Shown: positions 1-12,664, numbered from the stretch's first letter. The stretch is DNA of 43,823 bases from Octopus bimaculoides (GCF_001194135.2 NC_068987.1:58785880-58829702); one strand, 5' to 3'. The notes: generated by a model not told the origin, from the sequence alone. Numbers and translations are program-made.

Positions 1-41
<41 letters not shown>
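1..41. repeat. (TA)n microsatellite
   Basis: Direct reading. Confidence 0.95.
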
Positions 42-44
<3 letters not shown>

Positions 45-328
45 CTGTGTCTTTGTATCTGTGTTTGTCTCTCACCACCGCTTGATAGAATAAGTACCAG
101 GATTTAAAAAAAATATGTTCTGATGTGGATTTGTTTGATTAAAACCCTTCAAAGCAGTGCCCCAGCATGGCAACAGTCAAATGATTCTGCTGCGGTCAAC
201 TTTGCCTCTCATTCTTTCAGGGTCGATGAAATAATTACCAGTCAAGTGCTGGGTTCAATGTAATCGACTAGTCCTCCCCTCCAATTTCAGGTCTTGTGCC
301 TACAGTAGAAAGGATTATTATTATTATT
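45..328 (+). mobile_element. SINE fragments: family B2 3' part, then family C 3' part with (ATT)n tail
   Basis: Recurring motifs gataGAATAAGTACC, cagcatggc and ctttcagggtcgatgaaat...aggattattatt found elsewhere in the window. Confidence 0.65.
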
Positions 329-603
329 TAATAGCAATGGTGAAGATGGATTATTGTATCCAGTTTTGCCCTGTAGTGTCTGAATTAACAATTTGCTATT
401 GATAACTTGCTTTTCCTCTCTTTAAAATCAGTAAAATGTTAATAATATATTAACCTTCAACTTGTTAACTGTAACTCTTTTTACAAGAAACAATGTTTTG
501 CTTAAGAAAATAGTGCCATTGAAAGAGTTAAGTTGTTTGTGACATTTAAGTACCAAATCAAGTACTTTCTAGCCATAGTTTTGCACCCTTCAAATTACTC
601 CAG

Positions 604-648
604 GAATCAGTAAAATGGATATCAGTAATGTACTGATATCAAAACAAC
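604..648 (+). CDS. Candidate 45-nt cassette exon of GFPT (phase 1-1), xISKMDISNVLISKQ
   Basis: Acceptor ttttgcacccttcaaattactccag|G and donor AAC|gtatgg. Length is a multiple of 3, and only the phase-1 frame required by exon 3934 is open. No recognisable homology. Confidence 0.45.
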
Positions 649-1189
649 GTATGGTGTCTCTTTTAAAAGATGGACTTGTGTGTTTATGTAAAATATTAAG
701 ATTACCAAAATAAAGAAATAAGAAAATAATAATAAAGATTTTCTATTCTTAGTAGTAAGCAAATACAAGATACTAGTTTCCCTTCTAATCAACTTTGCCT
801 TTTATATTTATATATATTAATGGGTGTGTATATATATGTGTGTATTATTATATGTACATATTGATATCATAGGCATTTAGAAACTTTGAGAGAATGTGAA
901 ATTTTTTTTTTTAATCTTTATGAAACAGTGGAACTTGAAATAATAAAGCTTTAAATGATAGTGTGTAGATATTGAGTTTCACTGTTTATAAAAGTCATCA
1001 CTTCATCAAGAAGGCATTTATTTGTTCTTTCCTTGTCTTGCAAAATTACTTGGCAACCTTACTCTTGCTGATGTCACAAAAGATGCTCCCACTACACACT
1101 GTAAAGTAATCTGCATTAAAATCCATAGAATCCATGCCAAAGCCAACACTAGAGCTCAATGCAGCCCTCTAGCTTTCTGGATCCTATCA

Positions 1190-1364
1190 AACCATCCAAC
1201 CCATCAAGGCATAGAAGATAGACGGTTGGGTGGTTGATATTAGGAAGGGCATCCAGCTGTAAAAACCATGCCAAAACAAACTGAAGCCTGGTGCAGTCTT
1301 CTGCCTAGCCAGCTCCTGTCAAATCATCCAACCCATATCAGCATGGAAAGCAGACATTAAATGA

Positions 1365-1408
<44 letters not shown>
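1190..1408 (+). mobile_element. RTE-type 3' tail element followed by (TA)n
   Basis: aggaagggcatccagctgta...ccaacccat...gcatggaaagcagacattaaatgatga tail, many copies in the window. Confidence 0.7.
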
Positions 1409-1411
<3 letters not shown>

Positions 1412-1526
1412 TTAATTTATGTATATATTAACATTATCTTGGTTGAAAAACTTTGATAATGCAAATATGTTAATAGTTATCAGGGTAGCAAAAATAACAC
1501 AAAAACTGGGATATCATACCCGGTTA

Positions 1527-1912
1527 NNNNNNNNNNNNNNNNNNNNNNNNNNNNNNNNNNNNNNNNNNNNNNNNNNNNNNNNNNNNNNNNNNNNNNNNNN
1601 NNNNNNNNNNNNNNNNNNNNNNNNNNNNNNNNNNNNNNNNNNNNNNNNNNNNNNNNNNNNNNNNNNNNNNNNNNNNNNNNNNNNNNNNNNNNNNNNNNNN
1701 NNNNNNNNNNNNNNNNNNNNNNNNNNNNNNNNNNNNNNNNNNNNNNNNNNNNNNNNNNNNNNNNNNNNNNNNNNNNNNNNNNNNNNNNNNNNNNNNNNNN
1801 NNNNNNNNNNNNNNNNNNNNNNNNNNNNNNNNNNNNNNNNNNNNNNNNNNNNNNNNNNNNNNNNNNNNNNNNNNNNNNNNNNNNNNNNNNNNNNNNNNNN
1901 NNNNNNNNNNNN
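1527..1912. other. Assembly gap
   Basis: Run of N. Confidence 0.99.
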
Positions 1913-1950
<38 letters not shown>

Positions 1951-3424
1951 ATAAGGCATTCATCAATATTGATACTGAAGTGTGATAATTGATAGTTTAT
2001 GTATTATCACCAGTCTTGAGCACCTAAACCTGTACTTCTCAACAACCCCAATAGTACATATTTGTAGCTGCATATATACTATGCATCGCTATAAATGCAT
2101 ACTGTTGAGTAATGAAGTTTATTGGGCAACTCTGAGCTTTGTTAGCCTTTGCAGAGCTGAATTTACTGTCATGTGAATGTAATTGTAAAGAGAGGTTTCC
2201 GATTAGCTGATTTGACATCTAACAATAACCTGAGCCTTTTGTAGTTCTCCTGTATTCCAAATGATTATGAATGTGTATCACTTAATATAAGTGACTTGAG
2301 TATAATATCCAAGCCAGTGAAAGAGCCTCTGTGTCAGGCATGGGCAACATTTTTCAAGAAGTGGGCCACATGAGACATAGTTCATCATCAGGTGGAGCCA
2401 CACTCCTAAAAAGATTTGAAGGTAATTATTCATTAAGCATGCCATTCAGAAAGTATTGCAGGCCACAGTTTGCTCATGTTTGTCCTCTGGTTGTTCAATC
2501 TGCTTGAAATAGCAGCTAAATTCCTTCACATCACACCACTACTTTCTTATGGAAGGAAGGGACACATTTCTTGATAGTGTTCTAGGTATCTCTTACAAAG
2601 ACGGGTTGGTCACTGCTGGAATTGGTCATAACTGTTAAATCACTGCTGACCTGAGGCTAAGCAACAAGGATTCCTGTATCATATTGAGGGATGTATGGCA
2701 ACATCAATTTTACTGGGATTTGTGACTTCTTTTAAGGGCTTTCAGATTTCTGTTCTATTTTCTTTCTTATAAGCAGATTTTATATCAGCGTCGGTTTATT
2801 TCATTTTCAAATGTTATTCTATTTGGCTTTGAACTTTCTTTGCTTATTTTTAATTTTTTTTTTTGTTTTTTTAATCTATTCTCTCAAGTTTTCAGTGTAA
2901 ACTGATTTACCATATTTAATGAAAAAATACCAATAATAATCTTCAGTTTTTGTGATGATATATTCCCTTCCTCAAATACTTTAAATGTAACTTTATACAA
3001 GTTGTCATTCATGGCCCAAGGAGTAGCAAATTTTCACCACATACTTTAAAAATTCATGCACATTTATATTTATTATCAGTATCATAGTTAATACAAATTG
3101 TTTTTGCATATGTCTAGTTATTCTTGTATCAGGAAACATGAAAATATTACTTTAACAAAAGAAAAAAATTTTATTTCTTTGTTTATATTTTGAATCAATA
3201 AAAAAAATGTTTGAGATTTTTCTGCCTCTCATTGGAATGGGGCTTCAGCTTTAACACTAATGCTTTTTTGTTGAACTAACAAATTATGTATACAATATTT
3301 ATTAAAAAAAATATTTATAAAAAAAAAATTATTTTTGTTAAGAAAAAGGATTCCATCCCTTTTTAAGTGGGCGGGGCTTATACTAACCCTTTTTCCATTT
3401 TTTTTAAAAATAAAAAAACAAGTG

Positions 3425-3853
3425 CTGATGTAACTATGTGGTTAAGGAATTTGCTTCCCAACCATATGGTCTTGTGGTCAGTCTCCCTGTGCGACACCTT
3501 GGGCAGGTGTCTTCTAAAATTCCAGGTCAATCAAAGCCTTCTGAGTAGATTTGGTAAGCAGAAACTGAAAGAAGCCCATAGTGTGCATGTACGTACATAT
3601 GTGTGTGTGTGAGTGAATGTACATACCTTATGTCTTGACATTGTCTTGGTTGTAAACAAGCACTACTGTCATACAAGTGATGTTGTTCATTTCCAGTCTT
3701 CCATGAAAAACATGTCTGGCCATGGGAAAATATTACCTTGCATAGAAACGGGTAAGGGTTGGCGACAGGAGGAGCATCCAATCATAGAAAATCTGCCTTT
3801 ACAGATTCCATCTGACCCATGCAAGCATGGAAAAGTGGACGTTAAATGATGAC
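3425..3853 (+). mobile_element. Composite SINE family B1 (tRNA-like head, core, (TG)n, RTE-like tail)
   Basis: Similar to 6560-6978 and, inverted, to 7902-8315. Confidence 0.75.
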
Positions 3854-3933
3854 GAAACAAAAGAAAATAAAAAAAAGAGAGAGATTGTTCTAATATTCTG
3901 TATTTTTTTTCATTTTTATTTGCCAATTTTCAG

Positions 3934-4042
3934 ACCACAGAGGTTATGTAGAACCAGTCCAAAGACCCACTGATGGTACGACTGAATTTCACCCTTCTGG
4001 ACCAAATACTGAAGTTGAATATTTTTTTGCTTCTGATGCCAG
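3934..4042 (+). CDS. GFPT: GFAT exon: HRGYVEPVQRPTDGTTEFHPSGPNTEVEYFFASDA(S)
   Basis: tttcag| acceptor, AG|gtaaat donor; EVEYFFASDAS matches the GFAT motif; phase 1-2. Confidence 0.93.
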
Positions 4043-4815
4043 GTAAATATGTTTCTGAAATAATATAAAATATTTCCTGCCTACACTTTTGCAACCTCCC
4101 CCCCCCACCACACCTTCCACTACTCCTCCTACCTGAGGCGCCTCCTGGACACCTCATCACCACTGTTTATCTCCTCGGAGATACCACCAATTCATTCTCA
4201 TTCTCTTTCCTAAATGTGAGCAACCATGTAGCTCTTCTACATGATGAACCTGCTTTATCCCAACCTCTTACTTCATACCTTAACTCCTATCTAATATTAA
4301 AACACAACACCTTCACCCTCTTTGTCTTTGTAGGTTTGTGAGCAATAAGGTGACCTCAATAGTGCCAGTGACATGTAAAAAGCAAATAGTATGCACTGTA
4401 AAGTGGTTGGTGTTAGGAAGAGCATCTATCTGTAGAATCGATGCCAAAGCAAACAGTGGAGCATTGCTGTCTCCAAACTTTTGTTACTGTATATACGTAG
4501 ATGGATGTGTGTTGAATGATGGTAGGAGTTTTGAGGGACATGTGAGGGTGGGTGGGTATCATGGATAGTGTCTTCATAGAAAGACTGTATGATTTTTCTT
4601 ATTGCTATATTTTATTGATATTTTTCATTTTATGACACTCTATACCTTTCATTCTTATCTCTTGTATGCCATAAGAATAAAGAACTCATCCATAGACACA
4701 CTTATTCTCACACACATAAATAATATCCATATACTTGTATGCACATAAATACTTACATACATGACTGGCTGTATAATTGTATACACACATACATACCCTT
4801 ATATGGATATGTATA

Positions 4816-5241
4816 TGAGGGGGTACTGAAAAGTTCCTGGCTTTGGGTAAAAGAAAATCTTGGAGGATTAGTTAATTATGATTTTATTCAACAGTACCAC
4901 CTGACTGGCCTTCGTGTTGGTGGCACGTAAAAGCACCCACTACACTCTTGGAGTGGTTGGCATTAGGAAGGGCATCCAGCTGTAGAAACTCTGCCAAATC
5001 AGATTGGAGCCTGGTGTAGCCATCTAGTTCACCAGTCCTCAGTCAAATCGTCCAACCCATGCTAGCATGGAAAGCAGACGTTAAACAATGATGATGATGA
5101 TGATGATTCCCCTCTCAAATTCGCACACTTATTGCAGCAGTCCTTCAGTTTTTATAATCTTTATAAAAGTATATTGTTAAAGACCTCCAACCAGACCTTT
5201 AGCGATACCCTTAAAGCCAGAAACATTTCAGTGCCACCTTA
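4816..5241. mobile_element. Mariner-type MITE interrupted by an RTE-tail insertion (about 4896-5107)
   Basis: TA|tgagggggtactgaaaagttcctggctt ... aagccagaaacatttcagtgccacctta|TA imperfect 28-bp TIRs; the insert ends in (GAT)n. Confidence 0.75.
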
Positions 5242-5249
5242 TATATGTA

Positions 5250-5590
5250 AAGGGTAAAGAGCTCCTTTAGTCATGAATGACCATGGGATTGCAGCTAGAA
5301 AATTACCCCTGAAATACAAGTCTGAATAAGGTTGTTTATTGAAGACTAGAAGTCACCCGTACATACTAGCCTCCCCTTTCCATGCTACCGATGTTATCCA
5401 AGAGAAAGGAAAAGGCTGTTACAGCTTGGTACCAGTGATGTCACAACTCATTTCTACAGATGAGTGAATTGGAGCAACATGAAATAAAATATCCTGCTCA
5501 AAAACACAACACACACCCGGTCCAGAAATCAAACTCACTACTGCATGATTGTGAGCCTGATGCTCTAGCCACAGAGCTATATGCTTTCAC
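5250..5590 (-). mobile_element. tRNA-headed SINE
   Basis: Reverse strand shows A/B-box-like head tagctctgtggctagagc...gagtttgatttc; related heads at 19995 (+) and 29050-29195 (-). Confidence 0.55.
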
Positions 5591-6074
5591 TTGTATATGT
5601 ATATTTACATACACTCACACTCTAGTCTACCTATAATGATTCCAGAGTATACAAGTTCAGGGTTTGTAGTGGGGTTATTGGTATATCTTCAATATTATTT
5701 TTATGTTCACCAATACATACTTTCTATCCTATAAGTCTGTAAGAGTCATTCCAAAATAGACACAGAGCTAAAACCAGGTGAAGTAGAGAACAGTTGACCA
5801 CATCAACCATGGTACCTAATTGGAACGTTTTCCATTGAACTCATACCTGGCTACATATGTGTACTGGCAGAAGGATTAATGTCTGTGTGTTAGTAGCAAA
5901 AGCAGTGATGTCGTTCTTATTTCTTACATATTGGTTGTTCTGTTACATGTATGGTTTCATATATCTCTCACAAGGTTGCATCATGTGGATGAGGCAACAT
6001 TATGAATAAGTGAACAGGAATCACACTCCAGTTCTCTTGTCAGACAAACACAGATGCAAAACACACACACACAC

Positions 6075-6287
6075 ACACACACACATGCTCAGTTGGCAAA
6101 AATGAGTAGTACCTGTATTTCAAAAGGCCAGCCTTGTCACACTCTGTGTCATGCTGAATCGCTCTGAGAACTATATTAAAGATAGACGTGTCTGTGGAGT
6201 GCTCAGCCACTTGCACATTAATTTCACAAGCTGGCTGTTCTGTTGATTGGATCAATTGGAACCCTTGCCGTAACTGACGGAGTGCCA

Positions 6288-6290
<3 letters not shown>
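6075..6290 (+). mobile_element. SINE 3' part sharing the family A tail
   Basis: gccttgtcacact...gtggagtgctcagccacttgca...gacggagtgcc. Confidence 0.75.
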
Positions 6291-6318
<28 letters not shown>

Positions 6319-6342
6319 CGTGCATGTGTGTGTGATATATAT

Positions 6343-6406
6343 NNNNNNNNNNNNNNNNNNNNNNNNNNNNNNNNNNNNNNNNNNNNNNNNNNNNNNNNNN
6401 NNNNNN
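6343..6406. other. Assembly gap inside a (TA)n tract
   Basis: Run of N. Confidence 0.99.
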
Positions 6407-6439
<33 letters not shown>

Positions 6440-6444
<5 letters not shown>

Positions 6445-6555
6445 GACAGGCTTCTTTCAGTTTCCATCCACCAAATCCACTCACAAGGCTTTGGTTGACC
6501 CAAGACTATAGTAGAAAACATTTGCCCAAGATACCATGTAGTGGGTTTGAGTCCT
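6440..6555 (-). mobile_element. SINE family B core, reverse orientation
   Basis: ttctttcagtttcc...ccaaatccactcacaaggctttgg. Confidence 0.7.
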
Positions 6556-6559
6556 CTGT

Positions 6560-6976
6560 GTGTGTAGGTATGGCTGTATGGTAGGAAGTTTGCTTCTCAA
6601 CCACATAGTTCCAGGTTCAATCCCACTGCATGGCACTTGGAGTATGAGTCTTCTATAGCCCTGGATCGACCATAGTCTTGGGAGTGGATTTAGTAGATGA
6701 AAACTGAAAGTCTGTTGTATGTGTGTGTGTGTGTGTGTGAATGTCTCCTTGTCTTGACATCATGCAATAGTTGTAAATGAGGAGTGTCACCATCATGCAA
6801 ACGGTGTCCTTCATTTCTCAGTCTTCTGTAAAAACATGACTATTCATGGAAAAATATTACCTTCCTTAGAAATGGCTTGGTGTTGGCAACAGGAAGGGTG
6901 TCCAGCTGTAGAAAACCCGCTACAACAAATTCTATCTGATCTATGCAAGCATGGAAAAAGTTGCTGTTAAAACGAC

Positions 6977-6978
<2 letters not shown>
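6560..6978 (+). mobile_element. Composite SINE family B1
   Basis: Head, core, (TG)n, body and RTE-like tail ending aaacgacga directly before the acceptor poly-T. Confidence 0.75.
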
Positions 6979-7013
<35 letters not shown>

Positions 7014-7020
7014 TCTACAG

Positions 7021-7184
7021 TGCCATAATTGAACACACCAACAAAGTGATCTTCCTTGAGGATGATGATGTAGCTGCAGTTACTAATGGTTGTTTAACTA
7101 TTCATCGTATTAAGCGCAACTTGGATGATAACAAGGTCCGAGAAGTGATAACTTTGAAGATGGAAATTCAAGAAATCATGAAAG
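7021..7184 (+). CDS. GFPT: GFAT exon: (S)[54 protein letters not shown](G)
   Basis: poly-T...ctacag| acceptor, AAAG|gtgtgt donor; [14 protein letters not shown] motif; 164 nt, phase 2-1. Confidence 0.97.
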
Positions 7185-7901
7185 GTGTGTAAAAGAAATT
7201 GCATCCACTATAGTGACTCTCTAGATGTACACAACTTTAAAATGGTATCTTTGGTGTCTTTGTTTCTTTCCCTGATTCTCTTTCTCAGTATGTCTGTACG
7301 ATATGTAAAGTAACTGTATACACTATAGTGGTCATAGATACATACAACTTAAATGGTGTCTTTCTTGCTTTCTCTCTTTCTTTCTCTGTACATCTATCTT
7401 GTCTCTCTGTGTTTGTATGTTCATAAATACCTTTCTCTTCTTTTATCCTCTATTTTCTTCTAGTAGAAGATTGTTTTTATAGAAAAATAAACAATAAATC
7501 AGCAGATGTCTTGATCAGACCCCATTCCACAAGACAATCTCGACATCCAACAGAGATAATTGGATGCAAATGGTCAAGTCTTCTTAAATCCTATTAAACC
7601 TTGGGAGAGGCATTATGCCGGTAATAAACACACTCACTGGTTCGGTCCTTTATTTATTTATTTATAAACAGTAATCCTTATCAATGTGGCCAGCTTTGAC
7701 TCTGTATTAAAGCAAATAAGACGTTTGTTGCAATCAAAACAATAATCAAATGTTCTTCCTGGGCCATAAGCTTATGAGGCTAGTTTCCCAAATTCTGTGA
7801 CATATTCAACCATTGGTCACAGGATTTCAAGAAATAATCTAACTATCAGAGGCACAACACTCTGACCACTAAGCTTTGCACCTCCACACTTGTGACAATA
7901 G

Positions 7902-8581
<680 letters not shown>

Positions 8582-8689
8582 TAATATTTCCACTGCTAGA
8601 TTTTCATTTGACTGAATTAAATGGCCAAATAATTAAAACCATTTTTTTTTACTCAATAGGCTGTTGTTACTGTTTCTGCCTCTCTGTCT

Positions 8690-9665
8690 CTTTGTCACCC
8701 TCTAACCTTTCATCCTCTGACATGAGTTCCCTTCTTCAAATGCCCTTGCCCCTCTCATAATTCCTTGTCTTGCAAGTTACTTGATGACCCTGCCAGTGCT
8801 GGTGCCTTGTAAAAAGCATCCAGTCCACACTAAAGTGGTCGGCATTTGGAAGAGCATCCAGCTGTAATAATCATGCCAAAACTAACTTTGCCTGTGCTAG
8901 TGCCATGTAAAAAGCACTGAGTCCACTCTACAGAGTGCTTGGTGTTAGGAAGGGAATCCAACCGTAAAAACCCTGCCAAAACAGTGGCATAGGGTAGTTT
9001 GTTTGTTTTTTACCTGGCCAGCTCCTGTGAACTGTTCATGCATGCATAGAAGATGGACGTTAAACGATGATGATGATGATATATATGTGTATGAATAGCT
9101 GTGTTTGAACAGCTAAGCTACATGGACTGTGACTACTGAAGATCTGTGAATGCTTGAAAGAAACAAAACCAGTATGCTCTGCTGGGAGGGTAATGTCAGT
9201 GTGCATATACAACAGTGTAAGTGATTTGATAAAAAAAAAACTGGGTATACGAGACATCAGATGTAGTGTGCAAGAGAGAAGACTGCACTGATACAGTCAT
9301 GTAATGCATATGAAGACAGTTGCATTAAAAGGTGCTGATCTTTAATTGTAGGGGGAACAAGTGGAAGGGGTAGAAACAAGGAAGATGTGGGACGAAGTGA
9401 TTGGAACTCACAGAGGAGATGACGGGGGAACTGAGATTCCTAGAGGTTTGCTGTGCTAGAGAAGACATGCCAAGCTAAGTAAAAGCGTTGTCTTTGCAGA
9501 GAGGCTTGTCCCCTGCGTCCCTCTCCAGCTGAGTATTCCTGATCTTGCAGGCTCATGGGTGCTGGTGCCACATAAAAAGCACCTGTACTGGTGCTGTGTA
9601 AAAGCACCCAGTACACCCTGCTGTTTGGAAGGGCATCCAGCTGTAGAAACCATGCCAAAACAAGA
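8690..9665 (+). mobile_element. Two successive RTE LINE 3' fragments (3' UTR with (GAT)n tail; decayed ORF2 end plus UTR)
   Basis: 9180-9400 is similar to the intact RTE C-terminus at 43587-43823 (gtgcaagagagaagactgc..., ggaaggggtaga). Confidence 0.7.
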
Positions 9666-9976
9666 CATGTTTAGAATTTTTCAGATGTTTTACCTCATTT
9701 TTTTTTTTTCCGGTATTTACATCTATACACATTTCAGTTTGTTTGAACTTTTGTCTGGTGTCAGTTGGATCAGAACATTTTAAACCTTAATTTAGAAATA
9801 AAGGCTCCTTGTTCAAACCTAGTTGCTGCTAATATATGCATGAATAAAATGTTCTGATGATCTGCAATAAAACTTATTGAAACACATGTTGACACTGAAA
9901 AGTCATTTCACTTTTAAAAGCTTTCAAATTCTGTCTTAAGTGTATTCTTACATAAGTCCTTTATATTGATTATTGA

Positions 9977-10177
<201 letters not shown>

Positions 10178-10504
10178 TGAATATTTTATGAAGATATTTA
10201 TATGTATATTGATTAAATGAAATATTTATTTCACCCACTCACTTCTGCCAATTTATGACTGGATTACTCCTCTAGTATTTACAAACCTAAACTTTGCTAC
10301 AATCATTTTATCAAAGGAAAAGTGCATTACTTCATACTGCTATTTATCAAAGCTCTAAAAAAAAAACAAAAAAAAAGCATTGAAACAATATTCTTTCAAG
10401 ATTCTTCTTGCCTGAAACATCACCACCAAAAATATCATTGTCGTTATTTTAAAGCCTACTTTTCCAAACATCCATTGTCAGACAGAATTTGTTGAGATAT
10501 ATTT

Positions 10505-10668
10505 TCTATGGCCAGATGCTCTTCTTGTTGCCAACATTCACCTTTTTTTTTCCCAAGCAAGGTAACGTTTTTCCATGGCTGGATGTGTTCTGTAGAATAC
10601 TGGAAATGAAGGTTCATCACCTGTATGATGGTGACACTCGTTTACAATTATTGCATGATATCATGAAG

Positions 10669-10700
<32 letters not shown>

Positions 10701-10850
10701 TGGTGGTGTTATTTTCAGTCCTCCATAGAAACTTGTCCAACTGGGGACATATTACCTTGCTTTGAAATAAGTGAGGTTTGATGACAGGATGGGCATTTGC
10801 AAACATGGAAACATGGATTTTAAAATGATGATGGTGGTGGTGCTGATGGC
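10505..10850. mobile_element. Family B1 fragments in opposite orientations around (CA)n
   Basis: Body motifs ccaagcaaggtaa (-) and atattaccttgct (+). Confidence 0.55.
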
Positions 10851-11169
10851 AACTATAATTTGTATGATATATGTAAACTAGCTAATAAATCTGTCATTTT
10901 GAATGCACCATACAATAAAATGCACTCGGTTCTCTCTGTATGGAGGTTGGTGAACAAATAGAAACAACATAGAGCAGAAAAGACTCTAGTCTTTTCTGAA
11001 AACAAAGGATATCAAATCATAGAATCCACACAAAAACTATCATGGAGTGAAATTTGATCCCTAGTCCCCTCTAAGAAGATAGTAATTCCAAATAAAAACC
11101 AATTTGATCCTTGACAACCCATCCAACTTATGACAACATCCAAAAGCAGTCATAAAATGATGATGATGA

Positions 11170-11391
<222 letters not shown>

Positions 11392-11934
11392 TAATGCAAA
11401 ATAAGGGTTTATTTCATTTATTACTGAAACTATAGATGTGCGTCGTAATGTTATACCAATAAACTAAGTTTATCTATGGTGGTCTGTACATGCATCAGGT
11501 CTATTTGCAGTGGCTTCATCTGCATGTAATTCTGACGAAAATGTATTACTTCCTTTTTAACTCCTCCTTTTAGAAAAAAGGTTTTACTTCTAGCATGACT
11601 TGATATCTTTTATTGTTTTCTACTTTTAAAGAGTGATAGAGCGATGAGATTGAGCTACAGATCTGCCTACATCAATTGTGTAATGTTATCTCAATTAGTG
11701 ACTTGACTTTAATTCTTTTCAAATAAATTATAACACTTGAACAATAGTATAGTTTAATTTATGTAATGTAAAAAAGTGATGTTTGTTAATCTCAGTGTTG
11801 TTCAAATGTTTAAAAGATGTGTTTCTAATCTAGTGCAGCTTAGTTTATCTACTATAAAAACAGTGATGTTTGCTGTTCTCAATGATATTCAAAGTTTTAA
11901 CTGTCATTTCAATTTCTTGATTATTGTTTTCCAG

Positions 11935-12049
11935 GCTTACACTAGCCAATTTATTGCATTAGTTATGTTTGGTTTGATGATGTGCGAAGACCGAATTTCA
12001 ATGCAAGAGCGAAGAAAAGAAATTATTCAAGGACTCAAAAAACTTCCTG
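11935..12049 (+). CDS. GFPT: GFAT exon: [38 protein letters not shown](E)
   Basis: ttccag| acceptor, CTG|gtatgt donor; AYTSQ motif; 115 nt. Confidence 0.97.
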
Positions 12050-12157
12050 GTATGTAAAAGAATACCTTATAAATGAATGTACTGAATAAAGCTTCAGGTT
12101 AATTTAGTTTTACTTATGCTCTACTAGGTGTTTCTAACCATTATAGTTCTGTTCTAT

Positions 12158-12269
12158 ATTTAAGAGATGAGGAATTATTTACATTTGACTGGAGGGTATA
12201 TCAGCCGAAACGTTGTGTTAACAACAAACAAGATGAGGAGAAATATCCGTCAAATGTAAATAATGTAAA
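12158..12269. mobile_element. Short hairpin-ended insertion with target-site duplication
   Basis: 16-bp perfect IR attatttacatttgac/gtcaaatgtaaataat; flanking duplication cattatagttct at 12139-12150 and 12270-12281. Confidence 0.65.
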
Positions 12270-12408
12270 CATTATAGTTCTATCTCATGAAAAATCATGC
12301 AGAAGTGTCAATTAGATTAACAACTGTTTAATCAATAATTATTGAACTGTAAATCAATCAGTCATGTGCAATTAATCATTCCCCAACTTTTTTTTTTCTC
12401 TCTTCCAG

Positions 12409-12536
12409 AGGATATAAACGCAGTACTTAAATTAAATGATGAAATTCATTCATTAGCCCAAGAACTCTACCAACAGAAATCCCTTCTTGTCATGGGACGT
12501 GGTTACAATTTCTCTACTTGTTTGGAAGGAGCTTTG
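12409..12536 (+). CDS. GFPT: GFAT exon: [42 protein letters not shown]
   Basis: ttccag| acceptor, TTG|gtaaga donor; MGRGY...LEGAL motif; 128 nt. Confidence 0.97.
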
Positions 12537-12664
12537 GTAAGAGAGATTTTGTTAGCAATTATTGTACAGAATAACTATGAAAATATAATTTTATTATTAA
12601 ATGTAATTAACTCAAATTACTTTTAAGCTGTTTTTCATTTTCATTTTTTTTTTTCTTTGTTTAG

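Noticed and set aside
1419-1985. ORF-track entries spanning N runs (also 6224-6521 and 40601-40934)
   Set aside because: Artefacts of gaps and dinucleotide repeats.
1913-2000. Poly-T plus ataag acceptor after the gap
   Set aside because: The phase-1 frame stops after four codons. The gap itself could still hide sequence of interest.
2335-2482. hAT-like MITE (caggcatgggcaac ... tttgctcatgtttg)
   Set aside because: The right TIR is degenerate and I found no 8-bp TSD; not enough support.
2774-2793. Possible micro-exon after ttctttcttataag(cag)
   Set aside because: Neither acceptor gives a phase 1-1 unit with the available GT, and the donor (gtttat) is weak.
4095-4150. C-rich tract as a G-quadruplex regulator
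   Set aside because: The G-rich strand is the template strand, so no RNA G4 forms in GFPT pre-mRNA; it looks like low-complexity decay.
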